Below the pieces are notes generated by a model that saw only the letters and a list, made by a program, of their open reading frames with translations, made no database searches and had not been told where the DNA came from. Shown here in pieces: positions 31,612 to 40,823 of a stretch of 64,000 nt of DNA (its first letter is position 1; each line of letters begins with the position of its first letter). Source of the DNA: a virus; IMG/VR virus record IMGVR_UViG_3300045988_101835. One strand, 5' to 3'. A program made the translations under genes and the position numbers.

Positions 31612-32820
31612 GTGTACAGGTCGCAGTTGCTAACATATCTTAGTGCTCTTTTTAGTAGCGGCAATCCGTCGGCGTCTGATTTTCAGAAGTTGATTCAGGG
31701 TTTGGGTAGCGAGTCGGATAGGCCTCATATTGTGTGTGTATCGTCTGCGTCTAACATTCCTGATGATCAGCTTCTGACTTCGACCTATGACATGCCTACA
31801 ACTACTTCTGGTTCGGGTTGTGGTTCTACGGGTGTTTCACCTGCGCCGTCGGGTTGTGGTTGTCCTCCTGCGCCGACGCCGCCTACCCCGCCGCTTCCTA
31901 CGACTCGCAAGGAGAAGGTTATCAATGTTCTGTGCGATTGGTTCCGTGAGGGTTGGCTTCTGGATTGTATTGGCATTTGTACGGGTACTGATGCTGCTCG
32001 CGCCTACTATTGGGTTGTTAGCATGGACTCGGATGCAGGCACCTACGAGATACTGTCTGTCCAGTTTAATAACCCGGGTTTTGGCAAGGGCGGCTTTGCT
32101 TCGGAGAACGCTATCCGCCTTCTGCGCCTTGTTTACAATCGCTCTACGCAGACGGTTGTTTCTACGGATGCCCGTCTGGTTATTACGGAGCTTACGAATG
32201 CCGTCATGTCGGAGGACGTCCGTGAGATTAAGATTGTTTACTCGACGCCGCCTATGCAGGAGGATGGTGTTCTGTATGTCCAGATGTCGCTTCCTAAGCT
32301 TGATAAGCCTGATGTCTCGGTTTCTGCTGTTACTCAGACGTCGTGCGTCCTTAGCTGGCCTAGCATTGCAGGCGCTGCAGGTTATAGGTTTGCGATTGAG
32401 GGCACGGACATTTCGGCCATTGTGTCTTCGCCTTACATGGTCACGAATTTGAAGCCTAGCCGTTCTTATGTTTTCACGGTCACGGCTCTTGGTGATGGTG
32501 TTAAGTCGAGTGACTCGGAGGCATCGAGTGTCAACGTCTTGACTCCTGCAGCAAGCATTCTGTCTGCTCCGGTTCCTGTAGTGTCTAATTTGAGTTCTAC
32601 TTCTGCCGTTGTTTCGTGGTCTGCTGCCCGTGGTGGCGATAGTTACACATACAGGCTTAATAACGGTCCTTTGGTTTCGGAGGTTATGCCTCCTGTTACT
32701 TTGGATGGTTTGACTCCGGGTTTCCGTTACACGTTTGCTGTTAAGGCTATTTCCACGTCGCCTGCAGTTCTGGACTCGGATTGGGGTTCTACTGATTTTG
32801 TCACGGAGAGTGGCGATTGA
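31612..32820 (+). CDS. virion protein with two fibronectin type III-like repeats
   Basis: GTG start; there is no in-frame ATG nearby. The repeats are 'PDVSVSAVTQTSCVLSWPSIAGAAGYRF...' and 'PVPVVSNLSSTSAVVSWSAARGGDSYTYRL...'. A Pro/Gly/Cys-rich linker lies upstream. Confidence 0.65.
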   Translation: MYRSQLLTYLSALFSSGNPSASDFQKLIQGLGSESDRPHIVCVSSASNIPDDQLLTSTYDMPTTTSGSGCGSTGVSPAPSGCGCPPAPTPPTPPLPTTRKEKVINVLCDWFREGWLLDCIGICTGTDAARAYYWVVSMDSDAGTYEILSVQFNNPGFGKGGFASENAIRLLRLVYNRSTQTVVSTDARLVITELTNAVMSEDVREIKIVYSTPPMQEDGVLYVQMSLPKLDKPDVSVSAVTQTSCVLSWPSIAGAAGYRFAIEGTDISAIVSSPYMVTNLKPSRSYVFTVTALGDGVKSSDSEASSVNVLTPAASILSAPVPVVSNLSSTSAVVSWSAARGGDSYTYRLNNGPLVSEVMPPVTLDGLTPGFRYTFAVKAISTSPAVLDSDWGSTDFVTESGD

Positions 32821-32847
32821 TTGTTGATTGGTTTTTGTTGCTGGGTC

Positions 32848-33078
32848 ATGACGCCTTCTGTTGTTCGTTCGGATAATAATGTGTGGGTTTTGCTCACGGC
32901 GTTGAGTGTTGTTTTCAACGCGGAGGAAGCATTGCGCTGTTGGCTTAACGGTCAGATTGTCTGGGAGCGGAAGGGTCCTTATCTGGAGGTTTCTCCGGAT
33001 GTTGTATGGTTTGCGTCGGCTGCGGGGAGTTCCGGCAGTTTTAAGATTACTAGCAATACGGACTGGGTAATTATTTAG
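32848..33078 (+). CDS. small BACON-like domain protein
   Basis: C-terminal 'GSSGSFKITSNTDWVII'. The start is uncertain (TTG at 32821 or ATG at 32848). Confidence 0.45.
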   Translation: MTPSVVRSDNNVWVLLTALSVVFNAEEALRCWLNGQIVWERKGPYLEVSPDVVWFASAAGSSGSFKITSNTDWVII

Positions 33079-33100
33079 TATTCCTTTTTTTTTTTGCATT

Positions 33101-33748
33101 ATGGCAATACCTTCTTGGCTAACGCTATCACAGCTTTCGGGTAATGGTGACGAGAACATTAACGTCACGGGTACTGAGCATACTGGTCGTGTTGTTCGTA
33201 CCTACACCTTGACGGTTACCGCTACGGGTCCTGCGGCTTGTAAGGTGACTACGAATCAGACTCCTACTGCTGAGTTCTGTACTTTTGATTCTAACACCGC
33301 TTCTATTGGTAAGGAGGGCGGTGTTCTTACCATTACGGGTAAGTCTAACTCTTCTAAGCTTACGTTTGCGGTTACGGAGGGCGGTTCTTTGGAGCTTACG
33401 CTTCCGAGCAACTACAAGGCTTCTGGTCTTGACACGGCTAACGGTGTTGTTATTGCGGGTGACCCCGGTGCTGCTGCTGCTTTTAGTTTCTCGATTGAGT
33501 TTACGGTTGATCTGAATACTACTATCGAGTCTAAGACGGCTACGGTTACGGTTACGGATGCGGGCGGTACTTCTGCGGGTGCGGGTCAGTACCATTCTTG
33601 CGTTGTCACTCAGAATGCAGGTGATGCTTACCTGTATGTCAACGATGAGGGCACTACGACGGCTACGATTACCATTCCCGCTGCGGGCGGTTCTGGTAAT
33701 CAGACGCAGTTCTCCGTAATTTCTAATACGGACTGGGTCATATCGTAG
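33101..33748 (+). CDS. BACON-like repeat protein
   Basis: 'LSGNGDENINVTGTEHTGRVVRTYTLTVTA' and C-terminal 'NQTQFSVISNTDWVIS'. Confidence 0.6.
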   Translation: MAIPSWLTLSQLSGNGDENINVTGTEHTGRVVRTYTLTVTATGPAACKVTTNQTPTAEFCTFDSNTASIGKEGGVLTITGKSNSSKLTFAVTEGGSLELTLPSNYKASGLDTANGVVIAGDPGAAAAFSFSIEFTVDLNTTIESKTATVTVTDAGGTSAGAGQYHSCVVTQNAGDAYLYVNDEGTTTATITIPAAGGSGNQTQFSVISNTDWVIS

Positions 33749-33774
33749 TGATTTTCAGACACTTACGCTATCGG

Positions 33775-33805
33775 GTCGGGATTGGTTTTCCAGTCCCGAC
33801 TTTTT
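33775..33805 (+). terminator. rho-independent terminator
   Basis: gtcggga ... tcccgac followed by T5. Confidence 0.65.
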
Positions 33806-33823
33806 ATTTTACTTTTTTTTTTC

Positions 33824-33854
33824 TTTCATTTATAGATTAATCTTTTTATATTTG
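33824..33854 (+). promoter_or_regulatory. Bacteroides-type promoter (imperfect -33)
   Basis: TATATTTG at 33847-33854, with only a 3/4 match (TTTC) at the -33 position. Confidence 0.45.
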
Positions 33855-33875
33855 TGCAAATAAATTCCGTTGGTT

Positions 33876-34097
33876 ATGGTGACTCATAAAGCTCAAAAGA
33901 TTCGTGCAGGTCATTACTTGTACCGTGGTTTCCATGTGTATTCCGTCGGCTATTATGAGCCGGAGGGTTGTGTGTGCTGGGAAGCAGTTGATCATGATGG
34001 GTGTGGCTTCGCTCATTCACACTCTTTACGCGATACGAAGGCTATGATTGATGCCGAGCTTAATTCCCCTCGGTTTTCCCCTTCCCTTCAGCGTTAG
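33876..34097 (+). CDS. hypothetical small protein
   Basis: 73-aa ORF from the first ATG. It sits between a host-type promoter and a phage-motif promoter. Confidence 0.5.
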   Translation: MVTHKAQKIRAGHYLYRGFHVYSVGYYEPEGCVCWEAVDHDGCGFAHSHSLRDTKAMIDAELNSPRFSPSLQR

Positions 34098-34120
34098 ACG
34101 TTGCCTCCGGCGGCATTGAT

Positions 34121-34141
34121 GCAATTATATATCCTATAAAT
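34121..34141 (+). promoter_or_regulatory. conserved phage motif (putative phage-specific promoter)
   Basis: gcaattatatatcctataaat, 29 nt upstream of the ATG at 34150. Confidence 0.5.
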
Positions 34142-34149
34142 TGCATTCG

Positions 34150-35988
34150 ATGTCTTCGGTTAGGGTTGTAAGTATTCCGTCTGACGGTGGTATTTCGTTA
34201 GCTGCATCTCATAGTTACACCGCTGATTTTCCGTGGGAGGATGACAGCGGTCAGTATGTTCGTATGGGTGCAGACTCTAATACGGGTCCTGTTTCTACTG
34301 CTGATTTCTGGTCGGACGAGAATCTTTCGGGTAAGCGTCGGTCTATGCTTATCGACCTCTGTGCTGGCGGTTCGTCTTCCGTTTATCGGACACGTGTTAA
34401 GGTCACTCAGGATTCCGCTTACCTTAGTGCGGACGTTGCTTCCTACACGCTTCCTGCAGAGGCGGGGTCTTCTGTTGATCTTTCGTTCACCTCTACGGTT
34501 TCGTCCCTAGGTATCATTACGATTGAGAGTTCGGATACGTCTTTGTATACTGTTTCTAACCGTCGTCAGGGTGGTCGTGTTGTGACGGTTACGGTTACGG
34601 CGGTTAAGTCGTGGTCTTCGACTACGACTACGGGTAATGCTGCTGTTATTACGGCGAGTGTTCATGGTGTTGGGGGTAAGGTTACGCTTTCTGCTGTGAC
34701 GTACGTTCGTCAGGCTCCGAGTACGTTCCGGGGGTATGTGGGTGTTTCGTCTTCGGTCAATTCCTATACGTCTTCTAGCTTCAGCTTTGATCAGCAGAGC
34801 ACATCGAGTCCTGTTGAGGTTCCGGTTTCTATTTCGGAGGGTAGCACGTGTAGCTATGTTTTTAATTCTGTCTCTATTGTCGAGCAGTGGGGCGACGGTG
34901 AGAAGCTTGTTCCTATTTCTAGCTTTGCTTCTCGTATTACCCTTTCGGCTTATGGTCCTTTTACGGACTTCCAGTCGCCTACGACGTCTGTATCTTTGGT
35001 TGGTGATGATATCCATACTACATGGAACTCTTTGGACTTGACTTCCAATGCAGCTCCGTCGGTTTCGGGCTACGTTGTTGTAGCCGTTTCTTTGGATGAC
35101 AAGTTGCTTGGCACACTTCGGTCCTTTGAGTTTACGCGAAGTGCTAATCGTCCTGTTTCTACCTATGGGGCTTTAGCTTACCGTCTTCGTTACTCGCAGG
35201 CGGGGGTTATCGCTTCGGAGTTATCCGCGGAGGCTACTACCACTAGCAATGATGGTGGCAATCCTCAGTATTTCGAGTTCTACCGTCCTGAGACGGTAAC
35301 CTATACTTCGGGTACGGTTTTGACCCGCGACGCTCTTGTTGCTATGGACCCGTCTAAGGGTGGCGCTGTGTCTTTGAGTTCCGACATGCTGAAGGATGGT
35401 TATACTACGTTCCGCTCTGCAGGTGCTTCTGTTCCTTATTCGCAGTGGGACGTATGGAATCCGGATCGGACACCGTTCATAGGCCCTCGTTATTACGAGT
35501 CAGGTCTTACGGCGATTGCTCCGGGGGGTGCTGCTATTTCGGGTTCCGCTCGTAACTTGACACGTGCTGCGGGGTTGTTTTCGAGTACGGTTCCTTACTC
35601 GGTTTACTTTGTTTTTGGTCGCTGGCCGTCGGATGTTCCTACGTCTACACAGTTGGACGTTTATTATAAGTTAACCTCCTCGGATGACTCTGCGACTACG
35701 GATTACGTTTATCTTCAGTCCATTTTTTTGGGCGTCCAGCCGGGTTCGGATAATTACTGGGTTTCTATTCCGGGAGGTCCTACGTCGTTGTTGATTCAGG
35801 CGTTGTCTTCTACGCAGCTTGGCTCTCGCCCTGTGCAGTATGGGGACGCTATAGGCTTCAACTTGCGTCTGTTTGGTCAGGATCATGGTTTCTTTTCGGG
35901 TACGGGCAGTAACTATCCGTGGAAGTTAATCCAGCACGATGGGGTTGGTTCTAGCTTGTCTAATCCGTTCTATATGATTTATGAGTAG
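34150..35988 (+). CDS. virion protein, paralog A
   Basis: The N-terminal 'IPSDGGISLAASHSYTADFPWEDDSGQYV' parallels the next gene. Ser/Thr-rich. Confidence 0.65.
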   Translation: MSSVRVVSIPSDGGISLAASHSYTADFPWEDDSGQYVRMGADSNTGPVSTADFWSDENLSGKRRSMLIDLCAGGSSSVYRTRVKVTQDSAYLSADVASYTLPAEAGSSVDLSFTSTVSSLGIITIESSDTSLYTVSNRRQGGRVVTVTVTAVKSWSSTTTTGNAAVITASVHGVGGKVTLSAVTYVRQAPSTFRGYVGVSSSVNSYTSSSFSFDQQSTSSPVEVPVSISEGSTCSYVFNSVSIVEQWGDGEKLVPISSFASRITLSAYGPFTDFQSPTTSVSLVGDDIHTTWNSLDLTSNAAPSVSGYVVVAVSLDDKLLGTLRSFEFTRSANRPVSTYGALAYRLRYSQAGVIASELSAEATTTSNDGGNPQYFEFYRPETVTYTSGTVLTRDALVAMDPSKGGAVSLSSDMLKDGYTTFRSAGASVPYSQWDVWNPDRTPFIGPRYYESGLTAIAPGGAAISGSARNLTRAAGLFSSTVPYSVYFVFGRWPSDVPTSTQLDVYYKLTSSDDSATTDYVYLQSIFLGVQPGSDNYWVSIPGGPTSLLIQALSSTQLGSRPVQYGDAIGFNLRLFGQDHGFFSGTGSNYPWKLIQHDGVGSSLSNPFYMIYE

Positions 35989-37801
35989 GCAAAAAATAAA
36001 AGGCTTGACTCCGGTTGTTCCGGGTTCTGCTTCAGTTTCGATGCTGGATGTTCCGTCGGAGGGCGGTTCTTTTCCGGTGTCGGGGTTGTCTTCGGATTCG
36101 GATGTTGTGACTTATGCTGCGGGTTCCTATCCGTGGGAGGATGGTAGTGGTCAGAGTGTTACTGTTACTCCGTCTTCGGGTGTTGGGAGTATTAGTGACG
36201 TTGTGATTTCTGTTCCTGAGAATTTCACGTCGCGTTCCCGCCGGATGGAGTTGGACTTTACTTTGGATATGGACCCTACGAAGCAGGTTACGGTTTACTT
36301 GTCTCAGTCTTACGCTTCGTTTTACGCGGAGTCTGCGGAGGTTATTGCTCCTACGGCTGCTGGGTCTCCGTTCCGTGTTTACTTTGTGACGTCTGCGTCT
36401 TCTATTGCTGCTGGGGGTTCTGTTTCGGGTGGGTCTAAGGATGAGAGTCTTTATACTTACTATAACTCTGGTATTGATCCGGATAATCCCAAGCGCATGT
36501 GGGTTGAGTTCCTTACTGTGCAGTCATGGAATTCGAGTACTCCGGGTAATACGGCTACTTTGTACGCTAGGTTTGGCTTACTGCAGGCCACGGTTTCGGT
36601 TTCCCAGCAGGCAGACTCTGTAGTGTCCTATACGGGCTTGGGTTGCACTACGATCTCTGTTACGTCTGAGTCTGGGAATGTTGAGGTTCTGGATGCTCCT
36701 TATACGGGTGTTGGTGCTATTAATATTCCTATTACTGCTGCCGAGACTATCACGCAGACTTTCGATGACGCTTACTTGATAGCTTTGTATTCGTCGGGTC
36801 GTGAGGATCATGTCCCCTTGTCGTCGCTTAGTGCTTCGCGCTTACGTGTTGAGTTCGCGGGGTCTTCGGAGTGGTCTTCTTATCTTGAGGACAGCAGTGC
36901 TTCTGTTGTCAATAGTAAGTTGACCTATTCTTTCTCTACTACTTATGCGGGTTCGGAGCTTCGTCCGTCTACGAGTGGCTCTGTTTCAATTCGTGTCTAC
37001 TATAACGATCAGGCCGTCGGTACTTTGTCGAGTCGTGTCTTTGAGTTGCCTGCTAATGAGAAGTCGGAGTTGGTTTACACGTCTATTGCCGCCGATCCAT
37101 TGTCTTTGTATTATCTTGACGCGCCAGTTTACGCAGGTATCGTTGCCACATACAGGGAGGAGTATACCTCTGGTGCCGCTAATAGTGGTCGTACACGGTT
37201 TACGTCGCCCTCGGATATTACGGTTACGCAGCAGCCTTATGCGTCTGGGTTCTACACTTTGGGGTCTAATGCCTCCGGGTATTATGTTTCCTTTGCCACC
37301 CCCAATGATTTAGGAGGAGCTATTTACTATCGGGATTCGGGACTTGCAGGTTTGGACATGAAGTTTATTCCTACGGGAGGTACGACTACTTGTGCTGTGG
37401 CTTATGTGGGTCGCGGCTTTGCGGATTCGGGGACTTTGTACTTCAAGGTTAATAAGTCGGAGTGGACTTCGTCGAGTTCGCTTCCTGTAGGTCAGTTGTA
37501 TTTAGACTGGACTGTGCCGTCGGGTCCTTCTTTAAATTCGGACTGCGGGGTGACGACATCGGCTTCGGGTCCAGATTCGTCTTACTTTTACTTTTCCATT
37601 CCGTGCGGCAGTTACTCTAAGATGGCTAATAGTCTTTCTTTTGGTTGGGATGAAGGTGTTGTTTACAACTGGGGTCAGAGCGGTGTTTTCCGTCTTGAGA
37701 TTAGCGGGGCTAACGCTGCTGCTTTCAAGAGCTTTAGCTTTAATGCCGCTTATGGTACCTACGGCACTCCGGAGGATGCTTGTTTGATGACACGAGTTTA
37801 G
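35981..37801 (+). CDS. virion protein, paralog B
   Basis: 'VPSEGGSFPVSGLSSDSDVVTYAAGSYPWEDGSGQSV' parallels the previous gene. Overlaps the upstream gene by 8 nt. Confidence 0.65.
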   Translation: MSRQKIKGLTPVVPGSASVSMLDVPSEGGSFPVSGLSSDSDVVTYAAGSYPWEDGSGQSVTVTPSSGVGSISDVVISVPENFTSRSRRMELDFTLDMDPTKQVTVYLSQSYASFYAESAEVIAPTAAGSPFRVYFVTSASSIAAGGSVSGGSKDESLYTYYNSGIDPDNPKRMWVEFLTVQSWNSSTPGNTATLYARFGLLQATVSVSQQADSVVSYTGLGCTTISVTSESGNVEVLDAPYTGVGAINIPITAAETITQTFDDAYLIALYSSGREDHVPLSSLSASRLRVEFAGSSEWSSYLEDSSASVVNSKLTYSFSTTYAGSELRPSTSGSVSIRVYYNDQAVGTLSSRVFELPANEKSELVYTSIAADPLSLYYLDAPVYAGIVATYREEYTSGAANSGRTRFTSPSDITVTQQPYASGFYTLGSNASGYYVSFATPNDLGGAIYYRDSGLAGLDMKFIPTGGTTTCAVAYVGRGFADSGTLYFKVNKSEWTSSSSLPVGQLYLDWTVPSGPSLNSDCGVTTSASGPDSSYFYFSIPCGSYSKMANSLSFGWDEGVVYNWGQSGVFRLEISGANAAAFKSFSFNAAYGTYGTPEDACLMTRV

Positions 37802-37806
37802 TTTTA

Positions 37807-39062
37807 GGTAATTATTTACTTTTTCATTTTCATTTGCAATAAATGTAAAATAATTGTAACTTGCAGTCGTGAAGAAGGCATTTAAATATCGCATTTATCC
37901 GAACAAGGCCCAGCAGGCTTTGTTGCAGGCGACGTTTGGGTGCTGTCGCTTCGTGTATAATAAAACGCTAGACATCAGGAAGACGACGTATGAGAGGGAT
38001 AAGACGCAGCTTAGCAAGTTTGACTTAACCAAGAAGATACCGCTGCTTAAAGAAGAGTTTCCGTGGTTGCGCGACGTTCCGGCGGTATGCTTGCCGCAAG
38101 CAGTCGGCGATATGGATGATGCCTATCAGAAGTTCTTTAAGTCCGGTAATGGTTATCCTAAGTTTAAGACGAAGCATCGCAGCCGTAAGTCTTGTCGTTT
38201 TCCGGGCCAGAGTTGTGCGGTATTGCAAGACATTAGTCGTTTAAAGTTTCATAAGTTAGGCTTAGTCAAGTATAAGAAGGATCGTGAGTTCGTCGGTACT
38301 TTACGTCACATTGTGGTTACACAGGAAAGTGACGGTAAGTACTACGCTTCGTGTGTAGTAGAGACGGGTGTCGAAGCACCTAAGCCACAATCCGCAGAAG
38401 CTAGTACGACGGTCGGTATTGACTTAGGACTCAAAGACTTTATCGTTACGTCGGACGGACGCAAGATAGCTAACCCGCGGTTCTACGCTACTATTGACCG
38501 TCGTATAGCTCGGTTGCAGAAGCACGAAGTTAGAAAGACGAAAGGGTCTAAGCGTCGTGCACGCATCCGATTGAAAATTAACAAACTTTATGTTAAGAAA
38601 CGCAACTTAATCAAAAATTATATTTACCATGTTGCCAAGACGTTACTGCGTGAAAGCCAAACGTTAGTAATGGAAAATCTCAATATTGTCGGCATGGTTA
38701 AGAATCATAGTTTAGCTAAATCCATCCAGAATATTTGTTGGGGTGAACTGCGTAGAGTGTTGGAGTACAAGTCTCAATGGCTTGGCCACAATCTCATCCT
38801 CATAGATCGTTGGGCACCGAGTACGAAGACTTGTAGTTGTTGCGGTTTCCACAATTCTATGTTGACGCTTTCAGATCGTTCGTGGGTTTGTCCGGGTTGC
38901 GGTACGCATCACGACAGAGACGTCAATGCTGCGATTAATATTAAGCGTATGGGTTTAGAGTCATTATTGCCTGCGGTGGGCGGGTTTGACGGACGTGGAG
39001 AGGTTGGTTACAACTTCGACGAGGCGTCAATATGTACAGTGTAGAAATTGTATGCATTCACC
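37807..39062 (+). mobile_element. TnpB-only insertion element, copy 2
   Basis: Left end ggtaattatttac... and right end ...aattgtatgcattcacc. Its ends are more decayed than those of copies 1 and 3. Confidence 0.75.
37869..39044 (+). CDS. tnpB: TnpB family protein (GTG start)
   Basis: Full set of motifs as in copy 1: GIDLGLKDF, VMENLN, CSCCG...CPGCG, HHDRDVNAAINI. The start codon is GTG where the other copies have ATG. Confidence 0.85.
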   Translation: MKKAFKYRIYPNKAQQALLQATFGCCRFVYNKTLDIRKTTYERDKTQLSKFDLTKKIPLLKEEFPWLRDVPAVCLPQAVGDMDDAYQKFFKSGNGYPKFKTKHRSRKSCRFPGQSCAVLQDISRLKFHKLGLVKYKKDREFVGTLRHIVVTQESDGKYYASCVVETGVEAPKPQSAEASTTVGIDLGLKDFIVTSDGRKIANPRFYATIDRRIARLQKHEVRKTKGSKRRARIRLKINKLYVKKRNLIKNYIYHVAKTLLRESQTLVMENLNIVGMVKNHSLAKSIQNICWGELRRVLEYKSQWLGHNLILIDRWAPSTKTCSCCGFHNSMLTLSDRSWVCPGCGTHHDRDVNAAINIKRMGLESLLPAVGGFDGRGEVGYNFDEASICTV

Positions 39063-39387
39063 TTGGTTTAGCGCCATTGAGGCCGAGATTGAGCTTTATG
39101 TTGAGGTTGTGGACTTGTCTGAGTCGTTGTCGGAAGTTCGCTGGAGACCTTACGATAGTAAGACGCCGAACGTGACGCAGAGCCGCCGTTATCCTCGGTC
39201 TATTGCTCATTCTATGTATCGTCGTCTTCGTCGTGAGTACATGGCTCATGTTTACTACGACTTTTTGAAAGGTTACTCTAAGACACACTTAGATTCGCAG
39301 TCTAAGTTTTCGCGTTGGTATGTTTCTCATCGCAAGTGGTTCTCGCCACGTTGGGTTCTTGCTAAGTTTTTGCATATTTATATTTGA
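39052..39387 (+). CDS. hypothetical protein whose only upstream in-frame ATG lies inside the element right end
   Basis: The ORF 38986-39387 frame reads through the right end. The ATG at 39052-39054 is part of 'attgtATGcattcacc'. Confidence 0.4.
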   Translation: MHSPWFSAIEAEIELYVEVVDLSESLSEVRWRPYDSKTPNVTQSRRYPRSIAHSMYRRLRREYMAHVYYDFLKGYSKTHLDSQSKFSRWYVSHRKWFSPRWVLAKFLHIYI

Positions 39388-39881
39388 TGGTCATGGAGTT
39401 GGGTACCATTCGGTCTTCGTCGCGTCAGTCTGTGCTGCGAGAGTTGAAGACTTTCTTTAAGATTCAGGAGCTTGTATGCTCTCATGTTTATAATCGGTTT
39501 GGTGAGAATGCATGGCAGTTCTTGGATACCGATTTGCTTCGTTTTCTGCTGTGGGTTCGTCTGCTTACGGATAAGCCTATCACGGTAAATAACTATCATT
39601 CTGGGGGTAGTTATTCTCAGCGTGGTCTTCGTTGTAACAAGTGTGACCTTGTTGCCACTAAGACGTACGCCTATGTTTCTGCTCATATTCTCGGCAAGGC
39701 GGTTGACATGACGGTTGAGGATATGGATGTGGAGGAGGTTAGATCGCTCATCAAGGAGAATAAGAGTTCGCTTCCGTGCCAGCTTCGCCTTGAGGAGGGT
39801 GTTTCGTGGGTTCATGGCGACGTTCGGTCTTCTATGGGCTACGATAGTGATGACTATTGCATTATCACGTTCACGGATTAG
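39387..39881 (+). CDS. peptidase M15-type (zinc D-Ala-D-Ala carboxypeptidase fold) endolysin
   Basis: 'SAHILGKAVDM' (H..G.A.D) and 'WVHGDVR' (H.D) match the M15 metal-ligand pattern. Confidence 0.65.
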   Translation: MVMELGTIRSSSRQSVLRELKTFFKIQELVCSHVYNRFGENAWQFLDTDLLRFLLWVRLLTDKPITVNNYHSGGSYSQRGLRCNKCDLVATKTYAYVSAHILGKAVDMTVEDMDVEEVRSLIKENKSSLPCQLRLEEGVSWVHGDVRSSMGYDSDDYCIITFTD

Positions 39882-39940
39882 TGTACGTATACATAATGTG
39901 CCTTTGGTAACAACGAGGCGCTGTTTCATATTTTTGGGCG

Positions 39941-39978
39941 ACGGCGGGGAGCGTTGAGGCGCGCTTCCTGCCGTTTTT
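39941..39978 (+). terminator. rho-independent terminator
   Basis: 13-bp stem (39941-39953 with 39962-39974, two G:U pairs) with an 8-nt loop, followed by tttt. Confidence 0.65.
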
Positions 39979-39991
39979 AATTTTGTCGGTT

Positions 39992-40570
39992 ATGGGTAAG
40001 ACTTTCTGGCAGGTTGTAGCTATTCTGCTTCTTTTGGGTTTGATCTTCGGCGGTGGATACTACTTGGGTTACAAGTCTGTCTCGGTCACGGAGCGTGTTG
40101 TTGAGAAGTTGGTTCCGGGGGATACTATTAGGGATAGCATTAGATTTCCGGTTCCGGTGTATGTTGACCGTTGGCATCCGGGCAAGGTCGATACGGTTTA
40201 TTTTCCGGCTCCTACGTCTCCTATAGATTCTGCTTCTGTTGTGGAGGACTATTTTGCTACACGGGATTACCTTTTGGATTTCAGTTCGGATTCTTGTGGT
40301 ACTTTCAAGGTTTCCTGTAAGGTTACACGGAATCAGCTTGTGGATGCTTCGTCTATGATTGTTCCCATGTACCGTTATGTTGAGAACGTTCGTGAGGTCC
40401 GTACGACTCGTTTCTTTCAGCCGTGGGCTATGGTTGGTACAGACTTCCGATTTGGCACGCAGCAGCTTATGTTAGGTGGTGACTTTCGTGAGAAGTATAA
40501 GGTCGGAGTTAGTGGCATACGTATAGGTGATAATTATGGTTGGACCCTGAATGTTGGCTTCAACTTTTAG
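39992..40570 (+). CDS. N-terminally membrane-anchored protein (spanin-like?)
   Basis: A single N-terminal TM 'FWQVVAILLLLGLIFGGGYYLG' just downstream of the endolysin. The function is inferred from position only. Confidence 0.5.
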   Translation: MGKTFWQVVAILLLLGLIFGGGYYLGYKSVSVTERVVEKLVPGDTIRDSIRFPVPVYVDRWHPGKVDTVYFPAPTSPIDSASVVEDYFATRDYLLDFSSDSCGTFKVSCKVTRNQLVDASSMIVPMYRYVENVREVRTTRFFQPWAMVGTDFRFGTQQLMLGGDFREKYKVGVSGIRIGDNYGWTLNVGFNF

Positions 40571-40579
40571 CTGTGTTGT

Positions 40580-40807
40580 ATGGGTAGTGCGTTAGTTAAT
40601 CCGCCACGTGTTGTTGAGCCGTCGGGGTCGGATTATTGCCGTTCAGATAGATATACGTTTTTCATGACCGCGGAGGAGCTTAGCTTGTACATTGCAGAGA
40701 CGGCCCTCCGTTGTGCGGCTTATCAGGAGCAGTCTTTGCACCGAGGTTATCATCGTGGTCGTCGCGGCAAGGCTTTAAGTTCAAGTTCTAATGAGGATGA
40801 TAGATAG
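40580..40807 (+). CDS. hypothetical small protein
   Basis: 75-aa ORF. Confidence 0.45.
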   Translation: MGSALVNPPRVVEPSGSDYCRSDRYTFFMTAEELSLYIAETALRCAAYQEQSLHRGYHRGRRGKALSSSSNEDDR

Positions 40808-40823
40808 TTAATGGTGATTATAC

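Noticed and set aside
31787-32452. Alternative-frame plus-strand ORFs rich in Arg/Leu/Val, e.g. 31787-32452, 210-590, 17027-17236, 52396-52872
   Set aside because: They are out-of-frame read-throughs inside long genes. Their composition (RRRLLR runs) is typical of frame-shifted T/G-rich coding sequence.
31837-33168. Long minus-strand ORF (443 aa) and many similar minus-strand ORFs, e.g. 16972-17886, 18607-19389, 3833-4408, 50499-51116
   Set aside because: They are Arg/Asn/Thr/Ile-rich low-complexity shadows of strongly biased plus-strand genes. They overlap better plus-strand ORFs completely and carry no motifs.
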